From assembly GCA_007132995.1 (NCBI GenBank), contig SLNP01000015.1, positions 5,329 through 69,328 on the forward strand: a stretch of DNA of 64,000 nt, in the 5' to 3' direction. Below are positions 26,112 to 36,269 of this stretch, piece by piece. A program made the position numbers and the translations under genes. The stretch comes from Bacteroidales bacterium. Its GTDB lineage: Bacteria; Bacteroidota; Bacteroidia; Bacteroidales; VadinHA17. Numbering within the stretch: the first letter of the stretch is position 1; the number at the start of each line of letters is the position of its first letter. Under the pieces are notes generated by a model. It was not told the origin of the DNA. It was given only the letters and a program-made list of their open reading frames with translations, and ran no database searches.

Positions 26112-26681
26112 CTAAATGGTTTCGATAAATCTTTTGGTAACACTCAATGCCCTATCGCAGGCCATATCGAGGTCGTCATTTACTATTACCTCATCAAACC
26201 TGTTGGCGTACTCTATCTCGGTGGCAGCCTTGGATGTTCGCATCCTGATGGTTTCCTCCTTCTCGGTTCCTCGTGCAGTAAGCCTTCTTTCCAGCTCATC
26301 TACAGATGGAGGCATAATGAAAATTGCCAATGCCTCATCACCAAATCTCTCTTTGAGGTTAATACCCCCCTTTACATCAACATCGAAAATTACACTTCTA
26401 CCACTATTTCGCACCCTGTTAACATCACTCTCAACCGTGCCGTACAGCAGTCCGGGATATACCTCTTCCCACTCAATAAAAATCCCCTCATCTATCCCCC
26501 TTCTGAACTGACTCTCTGTGAGGAAATGGTAGTGTTCTCCATCGATCTCACCCGGCCTCGGCGACCTGCTTGTTGCCGAAACCGAGAAGGCGAGATTGGG
26601 AATCTTTCCGGTCAGATATTTTACTATGGTACTTTTGCCTGCACCTGAGGGAGCCGATACAATTATTACTTTGCCTTTCAT
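26112..26681 (-). CDS. gmk: Guanylate kinase
   Basis: P-loop SAPSGAGKST and SATSRSPRPGE. The start is trimmed to MKGKVIIV; the track ORF extends to 26702. Confidence 0.85.
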   Translation of the reverse strand: MKGKVIIVSAPSGAGKSTIVKYLTGKIPNLAFSVSATSRSPRPGEIDGEHYHFLTESQFRRGIDEGIFIEWEEVYPGLLYGTVESDVNRVRNSGRSVIFDVDVKGGINLKERFGDEALAIFIMPPSVDELERRLTARGTEKEETIRMRTSKAATEIEYANRFDEVIVNDDLDMACDRALSVTKRFIETI

Positions 26682-26802
26682 ACAGATATATTCTTGATTC
26701 AATACCGGGAACCAGTCGGTCTGATCTCTCTCTGCGCCCCTGTTGGTATCCCGCCTTTAATACGCCGGAGGGCGCATGGCTGAAAGATTCTATGCCACAA
26801 GA

Positions 26803-27678
26803 TTACAGAACATTGAATAACTGCTCTCTTATCTTCTCTGCATGCTCCTTCATGTCAACCACAACGCGCTGTATGTCAGCGTCATTAGCCTTTGATCCTA
26901 TTGTGTTTATTTCACGGCTCATCTCCTGCGCAATAAACTGAAGCCTCTTGCCGCCGGAACTCTCGCTGTTCAGGGTCTCTAAAAAATAGTCGCAATGCTT
27001 TTTCAGCCTCACTTTCTCTTCATTGATATCGTACCTCTCTACATAGAAAAGTATCTCCTGCTCCAGCCTGTTCTGATCTATCGGCGGTTTCGCCCCCTGA
27101 CCTCCCATTAATTCAGTAAGCTTATCCCTTATCCGGAGTCGTCTGTTTTCTTCCCTGGGTTCAATATCATCAAGTCTGCCGGTAATATGATGCACAGCCT
27201 CTCTTATATCTGCCTCAAGAGAGCTGCCCTCTTCCAGGCGGTATTCCTTAACCCTCTCCAGGGCGAGTGTAAGTGCCTCCATAAGGTCACTCCACTCCTG
27301 ATCACTAATAGATACAGCATCATTGCCCACCGAGTCGGGAAGCCTGAGTATAGCAGGCATTATTGAGCTGTCGAGCGGTATATCAAGGCTCTCAGATATC
27401 TCTTTTATCTGCCTGAAATACCCCGAAACAATTGAACTGTTAACGGAAGCCGGAGGCTCTTCGCCGGTTTGTTCACAATTTATATAGACATCTATTTTAC
27501 CTCTCTCAAGCGCCTGTGCTGTAACATTCCGTATCTCATGCTCCCTGTCACGATAGAACCATGGGAGCCTGGTGTTAATGTCGAGCTGCTTGCTGTTCAG
27601 CGATCTTATCTCAACTGTAATAATTCGTTCTCTGGCATGGGCTGTTGCCTTGCCAAATCCGGTCATGGAAACAATCAT
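26803..27678 (-). CDS. yicC: YicC/YloC-family protein
   Basis: 291 aa. N-terminus MIVSMTGFG. The C-terminus carries the EMSREINTIGSKAND signature. Confidence 0.8.
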   Translation of the reverse strand: MIVSMTGFGKATAHARERIITVEIRSLNSKQLDINTRLPWFYRDREHEIRNVTAQALERGKIDVYINCEQTGEEPPASVNSSIVSGYFRQIKEISESLDIPLDSSIMPAILRLPDSVGNDAVSISDQEWSDLMEALTLALERVKEYRLEEGSSLEADIREAVHHITGRLDDIEPREENRRLRIRDKLTELMGGQGAKPPIDQNRLEQEILFYVERYDINEEKVRLKKHCDYFLETLNSESSGGKRLQFIAQEMSREINTIGSKANDADIQRVVVDMKEHAEKIREQLFNVL

Positions 27679-27746
27679 TTTATCACTATTATTGGCTACT
27701 GTTTAAATCAACCCAATATAGTGCTTTTATCAGAAAGGATAAAACA

Positions 27747-29123
27747 TCAGACCCTCTCCAGTCCTACTGTGAAGTGGCGCATAATTGGTGCCTCCTTAAC
27801 GATCCTAAAGCCCTTTTTTATGGAATCTCTTCTTTCGGATATGTTGGCGAAAACGGCGGCCACATAGTCCATATGGCTTGACGAGTATACCCTTCGTGGA
27901 ATCGCCAGCCTTAAGAGCTCAAGTTTCGGATATCTGTTCTTGCGGGTTACGGGATCGCGGTCTGCCAGCAGGGCGCCTATCTCTACACCCCTCACACCAC
28001 CCTCAGTATAGGCTTCAATGGCAAGGGTCTGCGCAGGGAATTGCTCTCTGGGAACCTCTCTCAGAAAGCCTGTAGCATCAATGAAAATGGCATGGCCACC
28101 AAAGGGCTCCTGGACAGTTACTCCCGCCTCCTTAAGCTTTGATCCCAGATATTCCACCTGCCTTAGCCTGCTTATCAGGTATCGCTCTTCAGTACCCTCA
28201 TAGAGGCCGGCGGCAAGGGCGTTCATATCCCTTCCCGACATACCGCCGTAGGTGATATATCCTTCAAACATAATATTAAAGATGGAGGCCTTGTTATAGA
28301 GCTCCTCGCTTTTCATGGCAATAAAACCTCCCATATTGACTATGGCATCTTTTTTTGAGCTCATTGTCATTGCGTCTGCCAGCGAGAAGGTCTCTCTTAC
28401 TATCTCACTTATACTACTGTTTTCATATCCCTTCTCCCGCATTTTGATAAATGCCGCATTCTCTGCAAATCTTGCCGAGTCGAAAACCAGGGGTATGCCG
28501 TAGCTATCTGCCATCTCTTTCAATTCCCGCATATTCTTCATGCTTACCGGCTGACCTCCGGCGGTATTGTTGGTGATGGTGAGCAGAATGAAGGGAATCT
28601 TGCCGGTGCCGTTTTTATCAATTACCCTCTCCAGCTTTCGAAGGTCGACATTGCCCTTGAAGGGGTGGTTAGCCGATGTATCGCCAGCCTCATCTATAGT
28701 ACAGTCTATGGCCAGAGCCTTACGGAACTCTATATGCCCCTTAGTTGTATCGAAGTGAGAGTTACCCGGAACAATATCGCCCTCCTTTACAAGCAGTGAG
28801 AAGAGAACATTCTCTGCTGCCCTGCCCTGGTGCACAGGGAGGAAAAATTCAAATCCGGTAATATCTGTTACAGCACTCTTAAGCTTGTAGTAAGAGGAGG
28901 CTCCTGCGTAACTCTCATCGCCCAGCATGATCTCTGACCATTGAGTGTCGCTCATGGCTCCTGTTCCCGAGTCGGTAAGAAGATCAATGATTACCTGGTC
29001 GGAGCGCAGGTTGAAGAGGTTGTAGCCGGCCTCTCTGATCCATGCGGCTCTCTCTTTCGGAGTGGAGAGATTTACGGGTTCAACTACTTTTGTCTTATAG
29101 GGTTCAATATATGGCAGCTTCAT
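27747..29123 (-). CDS. tnaA: Tryptophanase / tyrosine phenol-lyase family beta-eliminating lyase (probably tryptophanase)
   Basis: Motifs DSGTGAMS, HQGRAAEN and the PLP lysine in SSKKDAIVNMGG. The start is trimmed to MKLPYIEPYKTKVVEP; the track ORF extends to 29180. Confidence 0.7.
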   Translation of the reverse strand: MKLPYIEPYKTKVVEPVNLSTPKERAAWIREAGYNLFNLRSDQVIIDLLTDSGTGAMSDTQWSEIMLGDESYAGASSYYKLKSAVTDITGFEFFLPVHQGRAAENVLFSLLVKEGDIVPGNSHFDTTKGHIEFRKALAIDCTIDEAGDTSANHPFKGNVDLRKLERVIDKNGTGKIPFILLTITNNTAGGQPVSMKNMRELKEMADSYGIPLVFDSARFAENAAFIKMREKGYENSSISEIVRETFSLADAMTMSSKKDAIVNMGGFIAMKSEELYNKASIFNIMFEGYITYGGMSGRDMNALAAGLYEGTEERYLISRLRQVEYLGSKLKEAGVTVQEPFGGHAIFIDATGFLREVPREQFPAQTLAIEAYTEGGVRGVEIGALLADRDPVTRKNRYPKLELLRLAIPRRVYSSSHMDYVAAVFANISERRDSIKKGFRIVKEAPIMRHFTVGLERV

Positions 29124-29300
29124 ACAGTTGTCAGATAATTTATGTGAATGATTTATTAGTTGGTAGCCGGAAATGGCCATAGGGGTGGCAGGGAGTGCCT
29201 CCGGTGATTACAAGGGCAAAGAGTCCCTTCTTTTAATGTTGCGGTATACCGAAGTGGCAAGAAAATCCGTTGTTATAGAATAAACCATTAATAAAACCGG

Positions 29301-29308
29301 TATTTTTG
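29301..29308 (+). promoter_or_regulatory. Candidate -7 box TATTTTTG
   Basis: Exact TAnnTTTG match 78 nt upstream of the ATG at 29386. Confidence 0.3.
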
Positions 29309-29385
29309 CAAAAATAGAATCTATTTTCCAAAAGAGGAAGCGATTCAATGATGATATAACCCCACATAAAAGAGCCCTTAATAAT

Positions 29386-31509
29386 ATGAAGCCGATCACT
29401 TTCATTATCACTTTACTCTTATTTCAGTGTTCACTCTTCTCACAGGTCGCACCCCCTGTGGCTGATACCCTGGGTTCAGACAGGAGCTTTAACATGGTGA
29501 CCGACACGGTTCCTCCATCTGATGCCCGGCGCATAACCCTCTCAGCCCTTGAGGCTGCCGAATTCCTTAAGAGGCTCTATAATGAGGGTAACTGGCGAAG
29601 TGAAGATGAGCCGCTGCGCAACTACATAGGAGATCTGATTGCTCATGCTGAGGCGGAGCATCAGAACAGGGTAATAGGGTTTCTGGAGGGCTTCCCCTTT
29701 GAGGTTGTCAGGATCGCCCCCGAACTATATGTAAGAACAGATACAGTAAGGATACCGCTTTCCCCGCTAAGGGACAGAGATATTACCGAAATTAACGAGT
29801 ATATAGTCTTTGAGGGCGATACAGTATTCCTGCCCGACCCATCTGTAATATACGACCTGAGGAGGTATCTTGACTCACTGCTTTCACCGCCCGATACCAT
29901 CCCCGAAATTGAGTCTGATACCCTTATAGACAGAGTTGCCGACACCATTGTTGTCGATGACACCCTATATATCCATACGACCGATACTGCCGATCGTGGC
30001 ATCGATACCCTGGCAATAGTGCCTGTAGGTGTATCGGCAAGAATTGATAGTGCCATTTTGGTCAGGGATGTCAGGGCAGTTGACATAGTAGACATGCTGG
30101 ACGATTCGCTGATTGTCGCAGCTGGTCTTGACAGGGATCTGCTTGAGGATGTTCCTCTCTATGATGTTGTTACTGACCATTCAGACACCCTCGAACAGCC
30201 CTCTCCGGTCAAATTGGGTAAAAACCTGTACCTTGACCGCGATACGCTTCTGCTCATATTCCATGATACACTTAGGCAGGCTGTCTCTCCCGACCCTGCC
30301 TTCCCGTTTGCCTACTACGACTATCCATTTACCGGAGATACCATTGAGAGTGCAGTAAACGAACTGGTGGCACTTCTTGAGCGCAGAGACTCAACCCTTA
30401 TAGAGTTTACAAGTGTTGACGGCAACATAGTGCCGGTATGGATTAACAGTCAGAATCAGCGCGTCAGAAGATTCTGGCTCAGAAACGAGTTTGAAGATTC
30501 GGTAACTGTATGGATAGGTAATCCCTACAGGAACGCCGTGGGGCTCTATCTTGAGAATGGTATTCAGTTCAGGAGGCCCATCAGAGCTACCACTCCTGCC
30601 GATCCTTCAATCAGGCCCGTTCCTACAGAGAGGATGACACTGGGGCAGGTCTCAACACTTGATGTGAAGCACAACCTCTGGCGGTATCACTCCGATGTCT
30701 CCCTTATGCTCAATCAGGTATTCCTGAGCAACTGGGCAAGGGGAGGAGAGAGCAGTCTGTCAGGTTCGTTGGATATTCAGGGTAATGCAAACTATGTAGA
30801 TGATGACCGCGATTTTGAGTTTATAAACAGTGCCAGAATAAGGCATGGATTTGTATATGGCGAGGAGACAGGGCTTAGACGCAACATGGACCGGCTCGAT
30901 ATTAACTCAAGACTCAATTCTGAGGCGTTCGGCGAATTCGATTTCAGCAGCACAGCTCATTTCCAGACTCAGCTGGCCAAAGGATACAGATACCCCAATG
31001 ATTCCGTAGCTATATCGCGTTTTCTGAATCCGGGTAGAATGACAATCGGTACCGGTCTCGATTACAGACCTAACCGGGAGACATCTGTAAATCTCTCACC
31101 GCTCTCTTACAGGGTAACCTTTATGACCGATACGGCAAACTTTAATCAGCGCCGTCAGGGTATTGAGGAGGACAGGAAGTCAAGGCATCAGTTGGGAGCT
31201 AATCTTAGGGCGAGTTACCGTTTCGATCTCTTCGACAATATCCGCATAACCAATCGCCTGGAACTCTATTCCAACTATCTGGATAAACCAAAGAATATAG
31301 ATATTGACTGGGAGTTGATACTGACCACCAGCCTTAACTGGTTTACCGATGTAAGAATAAATATCAACCTTATATATGATGACGATGTGAAATTCCCTGT
31401 CGAGGACAGCGAGGGTAATCCTGTTCTTGATGATGAAGGAAACGAGAGAGAGGTGCCTCGCATTCAGCTCAGGGAGGTGATGGGTTTCACCCTTGTATTC
31501 CGGTTCTGA
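29386..31509 (+). CDS. Predicted outer-membrane beta-barrel protein: an Asp/Thr-rich N-terminal extension followed by a C-terminal DUF3078-like barrel
   Basis: 707 aa. It has a signal peptide MKPITFIITLLLFQCSLFSQ. The C-terminal half shows an alternating beta-strand pattern (LSNWARGGESS...) and ends ...GFTLVFRF with an aromatic terminus. The DUF3078 assignment is from memory and tentative. Confidence 0.5.
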   Translation: MKPITFIITLLLFQCSLFSQVAPPVADTLGSDRSFNMVTDTVPPSDARRITLSALEAAEFLKRLYNEGNWRSEDEPLRNYIGDLIAHAEAEHQNRVIGFLEGFPFEVVRIAPELYVRTDTVRIPLSPLRDRDITEINEYIVFEGDTVFLPDPSVIYDLRRYLDSLLSPPDTIPEIESDTLIDRVADTIVVDDTLYIHTTDTADRGIDTLAIVPVGVSARIDSAILVRDVRAVDIVDMLDDSLIVAAGLDRDLLEDVPLYDVVTDHSDTLEQPSPVKLGKNLYLDRDTLLLIFHDTLRQAVSPDPAFPFAYYDYPFTGDTIESAVNELVALLERRDSTLIEFTSVDGNIVPVWINSQNQRVRRFWLRNEFEDSVTVWIGNPYRNAVGLYLENGIQFRRPIRATTPADPSIRPVPTERMTLGQVSTLDVKHNLWRYHSDVSLMLNQVFLSNWARGGESSLSGSLDIQGNANYVDDDRDFEFINSARIRHGFVYGEETGLRRNMDRLDINSRLNSEAFGEFDFSSTAHFQTQLAKGYRYPNDSVAISRFLNPGRMTIGTGLDYRPNRETSVNLSPLSYRVTFMTDTANFNQRRQGIEEDRKSRHQLGANLRASYRFDLFDNIRITNRLELYSNYLDKPKNIDIDWELILTTSLNWFTDVRININLIYDDDVKFPVEDSEGNPVLDDEGNEREVPRIQLREVMGFTLVFRF

Positions 31510-31526
31510 TCGTTTTTTCCCGGGGG

Positions 31527-32399
31527 TTACTGCAGTGGGACCATTATGTCTGCAATAGTGAGGGCGCCGTACAGAACCCCTCCCGGCCCGTTTAACTTTC
31601 CAAAGGCCATATTTACCCTGCTAATATTACCCGGGGTAACAATTAAGTGTTGCACTGTAAGTAGCAGCAGAAAGATAATTGCACCCGCAATGTAGAGATA
31701 GCCTGCCGTTTGCACCAAGCCTGCAGCCACTACAAGCAGAGCCGTGACGGTGTGCGAGGCGGCTGACACAGTGAGCGCTGTACGCCGGCCATAAGATGAT
31801 GGTATTGATAATAGCCCGTTATCTCTGTCGAATATCTCGTCCTGCAGTGAATATATAATGTCGAAGCCAGCTACCCACGTCAATACTATTGCCGAGTATA
31901 TCAGAGGGAGTATGCCGATGGTTTCGGTTACGGCGATATATGCGCCTGCAGGGGCGAGGGCAAGTCCCAGCCCCAGAATGAAATGGCACAGTGCAGTGAA
32001 CCTTTTGGTGTAGCTGTATCCCAGTGTAATTATGAGTGCCACAGGTGACAGAATAAGGGTAACCCTGTTTATAAGCCCCGCGGCAATTATGAATATCACC
32101 ATACTTATTATTGTAAACCAAAGCGCACCCCTGCTGCTGACCTTACCTGATGGCAGCTCCCTCTCGCTTGTTCGTGGGTTTATCGCGTCAAACCTTCTGT
32201 CAGCATACCTGTTGAAGGCCATGGCTGCACTTCTTGCCGACACCATACAGATGACTATCAGTAAGAGGGTTTTTAGGGAGAAGTCGTAGGCCTCTTTCGA
32301 TGTGGCCAGGAAAAAGGCGACGAATGCAAAAGGCAGTGCGAAGATGGTGTGGCTGAATTTTATCAGGGAGAGATAACGGGAAAAAGGTCGGATGTCCAT
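31527..32399 (-). CDS. UbiA-family polyprenyltransferase (likely quinone/menaquinone prenyltransferase)
   Basis: 290 aa with about 8 TM segments. It has the Asp-rich motifs NRYADRRFDAINPRT and YSLQDEIFDRDNG. Confidence 0.75.
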   Translation of the reverse strand: MDIRPFSRYLSLIKFSHTIFALPFAFVAFFLATSKEAYDFSLKTLLLIVICMVSARSAAMAFNRYADRRFDAINPRTSERELPSGKVSSRGALWFTIISMVIFIIAAGLINRVTLILSPVALIITLGYSYTKRFTALCHFILGLGLALAPAGAYIAVTETIGILPLIYSAIVLTWVAGFDIIYSLQDEIFDRDNGLLSIPSSYGRRTALTVSAASHTVTALLVVAAGLVQTAGYLYIAGAIIFLLLLTVQHLIVTPGNISRVNMAFGKLNGPGGVLYGALTIADIMVPLQ

Positions 32400-32467
32400 T
32401 ACTAAAAGATATTACCTGCCTGCATAAATGGTTCTGTAGCGTTGCGGTTCTCTGTATGCCTGGACTT

Positions 32468-34924
32468 TCAGGACCTTACCGTGGCACCGAGGTTCTGCTC
32501 CAGGGCCCTCTCTATTTGGCTCATCGCCTTTCTGATTCTCTCTTCATTCAATGTCTTGTCATCATCTCTCAGAATAAAGCTGACAGCGTACGATTTTTTC
32601 CCCTTGCCAAGTGATGTATGCCTGTAGAGATCGAACAGATCAACCGAGCGGAGAATCCCGGTTTCAGCCTCTGAAGCGACCCTTCTGATATCCCGGAAGG
32701 TGACACCCTCCTCAATAAGAAGGGCCAGATCTCTCCTTACCGAAGGGTACCTGGGCAAGCTTTTATGGCGGGTCTCTGTACGGCCTGCAAGCAGGAGAGC
32801 CCTGTCCCACTCAATATTTACCCAGAATACATCCTGCTCTATTCCAAATCTTTGTCTGTAATTAACCCCAACCCTGCATATTGTGGCAATGATCTCATTG
32901 TTGAATGAGTATTCCAGACCCTCTGCCCGGCTGTTACAGGGCTCAAGATCACTCTCATCGAGAAGCTCTTCAATTCCCAGCCTGCCAAGAATCATCCCGA
33001 GGTACGCTTTGGCATGGAAGAAGTTGCTTCTTACTATCGGAGAGTTCCACCTTTCACTCCAGAGTGCGCCGGTAAGAAAAAGTGAGAGGCAGCTCTTCTC
33101 AATGAAGTTCTCTACGGCTGGCTCTTCTCTCCCGGCTGCCTTTACAGAATAACATCTGCCAAATTCAAAGAGCCTCAGATCACTGTTCTGCCGGTTTATA
33201 TTGTAGGCGATGGCATTTAGTCCTCCCGGCAGAAGCGAGCATCTGAGCTGATTAAGGTCACTGCTAAGGGGATTTACCAGTTTGACGGCAGACCCCCTGT
33301 CAGAAATAGTTCCGGCCTTCTCAAACCATGTGTCGGGAACCAGCGAGTTTGACATCATCTCGTGAAAACCGTTAGATGTCAGCATGTCTGCAATCATATT
33401 TGTTACCCTCTCTGTGTCGGTTTCGGGTCCGATGGTGATACTTGATGTAAACTTCGATCCTACATCGATATTGTTATACCCGTATATGCGCAGTATCTCT
33501 TCAGCGATATCGGCCTCGCCTGCTATCTCCTCCTTCGAAGTGGGAATAGCTATAGTTAAGACTCCTTCCGCCTCCTCAATAATGCTAAAGCCGAGAGAGG
33601 AGAGTATTCCTCTTATTGTGGCGGGCTCAATCCTCTTTCCTATAAGAGAGCAGACCCTTGCTGTGCTAACGGTTAAATACCTCTCTTCATGAACAACAGG
33701 GTATATGTCGGTCATCCTGGTTGATATATCTCCTCCGGCAATCTCCCTGATAAGAAGGGCTGCCCTTTTCAGGGCATAGGGTGCCATACCGACATCTGCC
33801 CCCCTTTCAAACCTGAATGATGCATCTGTCGATATTCCATGCCTTTTGGCTGTTCTTCTGACACTTACCGGATTAAACCATGCCGATTCAAGGAAGATGG
33901 TGGTTGTTGAACCGGTCACTCCCGTAGATAAACCTCCCAGCACCCCTGCTATACAGAGGGGCTCACCCCCACAGCATATCATCAGATCTTTGCTGCTCAA
34001 TTTTCTTGTTACACCATCAAGGGTTGTGAACTCTGTGTCGTCGGCAAGATTACCTACAGTTATAGCTTTACCACCCAGTTTGTCGGCATCGAAGGCATGT
34101 AGTGGCTGGCCAAGTTCCATCAGAACAAAGTTGGTGATATCTACTATGTTGTTGACAGGTTCTAATCCTATTGATGAGAGGCGGTTTTTGAGCCAGGTGG
34201 GAGACTCCCCAACCCTGACATTACTGATTGTGATACCGCAATATCTGTGACAATCTCTGCTGTTCTCTATAATGACTTCTATTGGAGCATCACCTTTTGC
34301 GGTACGGAGGGTATCTGCCGGGGGCATTACTGCCGTGGCCTTCCCTTTGAGATTGATAAAAGCAGCAAGATCTCTTCCCGCTCCGTAGTGATAGCCGCTC
34401 TCAATCCTGTTCGGAGTGAGTCCTATGCTGTATATGTGGTCACTGTGGATTTCAAAAAGCTCAGTAGCTGCTGTTCCCGGCTTAATATTCTCTCCGGGCA
34501 GCATTATTGTATCACTGCGGTTGCCCAGTCCCAACTCGGCCTCGGAGCATATCATGCCGGCAGAGGTTACTCCTCTTATCTCTGACTCTCTGATGATTAT
34601 TCTCTTGCCCTGGGAAACAACTACAGAGCCGGGGCCTGCAACCAGTACGATCTGCCCTGCTTCTATATTTGGTGCTCCGCACACTATTTGAACATTACTG
34701 TCACCTCCGGTATTAACCTCGGCCACTTTTAGCCTGTCTGCGGCAGGATGCTCACTGCAGGTAAGAACCTTGCCTGCAACAACACCACTGAGTCCTCCCG
34801 GATGCGACTCCCAGACCTCTATCTCTTCCACCTCAAGGCCGATATCGGTCAGTATCTCTCCGACCCTCTCAGGTGAAAGATCAACCGCAACATACTCTCT
34901 GAGCCAGTTATAGGATAACTTCAT
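32468..34924 (-). CDS. pheT: Phenylalanine--tRNA ligase beta subunit
   Basis: 818 aa. N-terminus MKLSYNWLREYV, with tRNA-binding, B3/4, B5 and FDX-ACB domain order. Confidence 0.9.
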   Translation of the reverse strand: MKLSYNWLREYVAVDLSPERVGEILTDIGLEVEEIEVWESHPGGLSGVVAGKVLTCSEHPAADRLKVAEVNTGGDSNVQIVCGAPNIEAGQIVLVAGPGSVVVSQGKRIIIRESEIRGVTSAGMICSEAELGLGNRSDTIMLPGENIKPGTAATELFEIHSDHIYSIGLTPNRIESGYHYGAGRDLAAFINLKGKATAVMPPADTLRTAKGDAPIEVIIENSRDCHRYCGITISNVRVGESPTWLKNRLSSIGLEPVNNIVDITNFVLMELGQPLHAFDADKLGGKAITVGNLADDTEFTTLDGVTRKLSSKDLMICCGGEPLCIAGVLGGLSTGVTGSTTTIFLESAWFNPVSVRRTAKRHGISTDASFRFERGADVGMAPYALKRAALLIREIAGGDISTRMTDIYPVVHEERYLTVSTARVCSLIGKRIEPATIRGILSSLGFSIIEEAEGVLTIAIPTSKEEIAGEADIAEEILRIYGYNNIDVGSKFTSSITIGPETDTERVTNMIADMLTSNGFHEMMSNSLVPDTWFEKAGTISDRGSAVKLVNPLSSDLNQLRCSLLPGGLNAIAYNINRQNSDLRLFEFGRCYSVKAAGREEPAVENFIEKSCLSLFLTGALWSERWNSPIVRSNFFHAKAYLGMILGRLGIEELLDESDLEPCNSRAEGLEYSFNNEIIATICRVGVNYRQRFGIEQDVFWVNIEWDRALLLAGRTETRHKSLPRYPSVRRDLALLIEEGVTFRDIRRVASEAETGILRSVDLFDLYRHTSLGKGKKSYAVSFILRDDDKTLNEERIRKAMSQIERALEQNLGATVRS

Positions 34925-35036
34925 ATACTAAACAGATTATAATACAGATGTGACATAAGGAGAGGGCAAAAGTACGAAATAATTGAAAAAAGAGGCCGAC
35001 ACCGCATACCCTTTACCCATGTTAACCCTAAATAGC

Positions 35037-35044
35037 TATATTTG
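35037..35044 (+). promoter_or_regulatory. Candidate -7 box TATATTTG inside the inverted repeat AGCTATatttgcATAGCT
   Basis: Exact consensus match 86 nt upstream of the surE ATG. Confidence 0.3.
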
Positions 35045-35129
35045 CATAGCTCTCCAGCAATATAAGCGCTAAAGAAGGGGGACACAATACTACTTATTAA
35101 ATCAGGAATCTCTATATCAGTATATCAAT

Positions 35130-35930
35130 ATGGCAGGCGAAAATAAAGAGAGACTTATACTTGTAACCAATGACGACGGGCTGTATGCTGCCGGGTTAAG
35201 AAGCCTTCTGAATGTGATGGAGGAGTTCGGAAGGGTCTTGTTGATATCCTCGACAGAGAGCATGTCCGGTATGTCTCAGGCACTCACTATTAAAAGCCCT
35301 CTGAGGGTCAAGTTACTGGAGCAGACCGACAGCCGTACAGTCTATGCATGCAGCGGCACACCTGCAGATGGTGTTAAGATAGCAATGAATAAGCTGCTTG
35401 AGAGAGAGCCCGACTGGGTTGTCTCTGGTATCAACCACGGCGCAAACTCATCTGTAAGCGTACTATACTCCGGCACCATGGCTGCCGCCATTGAGGGGAC
35501 TCTTAACGGAATAGATTCGGTTGGGTTCTCACTTGGCAACTTTAGTCCCGCTGCTGACTTTACCGCCTCAGAACACTATGTCAGGATGATAATGAATATG
35601 CTGGCAGAGAACCGGCTGCCACGGGGGGTTTGTCTAAATGTCAATATTCCACCTTTGCCTCTGGAAATGATTAAGGGGGTAAAGGTGTGCAGACAGTCAG
35701 ACGGCAACTGGAGGGAGGAGTTTGATAAGCGCAAAGACCCGATGGGCAGAACCTATTACTGGCTTACCGGTTCATTCTTTAATCATGAGCCGGAGGCCTC
35801 AGATACCGATGAGTGGGCTCTTAAAAATGGCTTTGTATCGGTAGTGCCGGTTGCAGTAGATATGACGGCTCACACTTTTATTCCGACACTCAAATCGAAG
35901 CTGAAAAGTGAAGAGGTCCGCCAAAATTAA
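35130..35930 (+). CDS. surE: 5'/3'-nucleotidase SurE
   Basis: 266 aa with LVTNDDGLYAAGL and GINHGANSS. Confidence 0.85.
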   Translation: MAGENKERLILVTNDDGLYAAGLRSLLNVMEEFGRVLLISSTESMSGMSQALTIKSPLRVKLLEQTDSRTVYACSGTPADGVKIAMNKLLEREPDWVVSGINHGANSSVSVLYSGTMAAAIEGTLNGIDSVGFSLGNFSPAADFTASEHYVRMIMNMLAENRLPRGVCLNVNIPPLPLEMIKGVKVCRQSDGNWREEFDKRKDPMGRTYYWLTGSFFNHEPEASDTDEWALKNGFVSVVPVAVDMTAHTFIPTLKSKLKSEEVRQN

Positions 35931-36210
35931 CACCCATACCTTTGGGGCTGTCATTGGCATAGGAGTACCGGTTTTCCTGATGCTGGCGTTCTGGATATGG
36001 CAGTCGGATGGCGAAGGTCTTATCACTTTTTTTGTAAGGGAACTTGTTGCGAAGGGAGTGCTTACCAATGTTATAAGCGCTTCTATCTTTTTTGGCAACC
36101 TCCCACCTTTTATGATACTCTGCAGAACCGATAATCTGAAAGCTGCCAGAGGTATGCTGGGTGTCACTATAGTTTGGGCCATAGCGGTATTTATAATAAA
36201 GCTTACCTGA
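35908..36210 (+). CDS. Small hypothetical membrane protein (about 3 TM)
   Basis: 100-aa ORF with hydrophobic segments and coding-like composition, located between surE and lpxB. No family was recognised. Confidence 0.4.
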   Translation: MKRSAKINTHTFGAVIGIGVPVFLMLAFWIWQSDGEGLITFFVRELVAKGVLTNVISASIFFGNLPPFMILCRTDNLKAARGMLGVTIVWAIAVFIIKLT

Positions 36211-36269
36211 CAGGCATGCCTGCTGCATGCAACATGACAAGATGAGGCACCCTGCAGCAGTCTGTGTGA

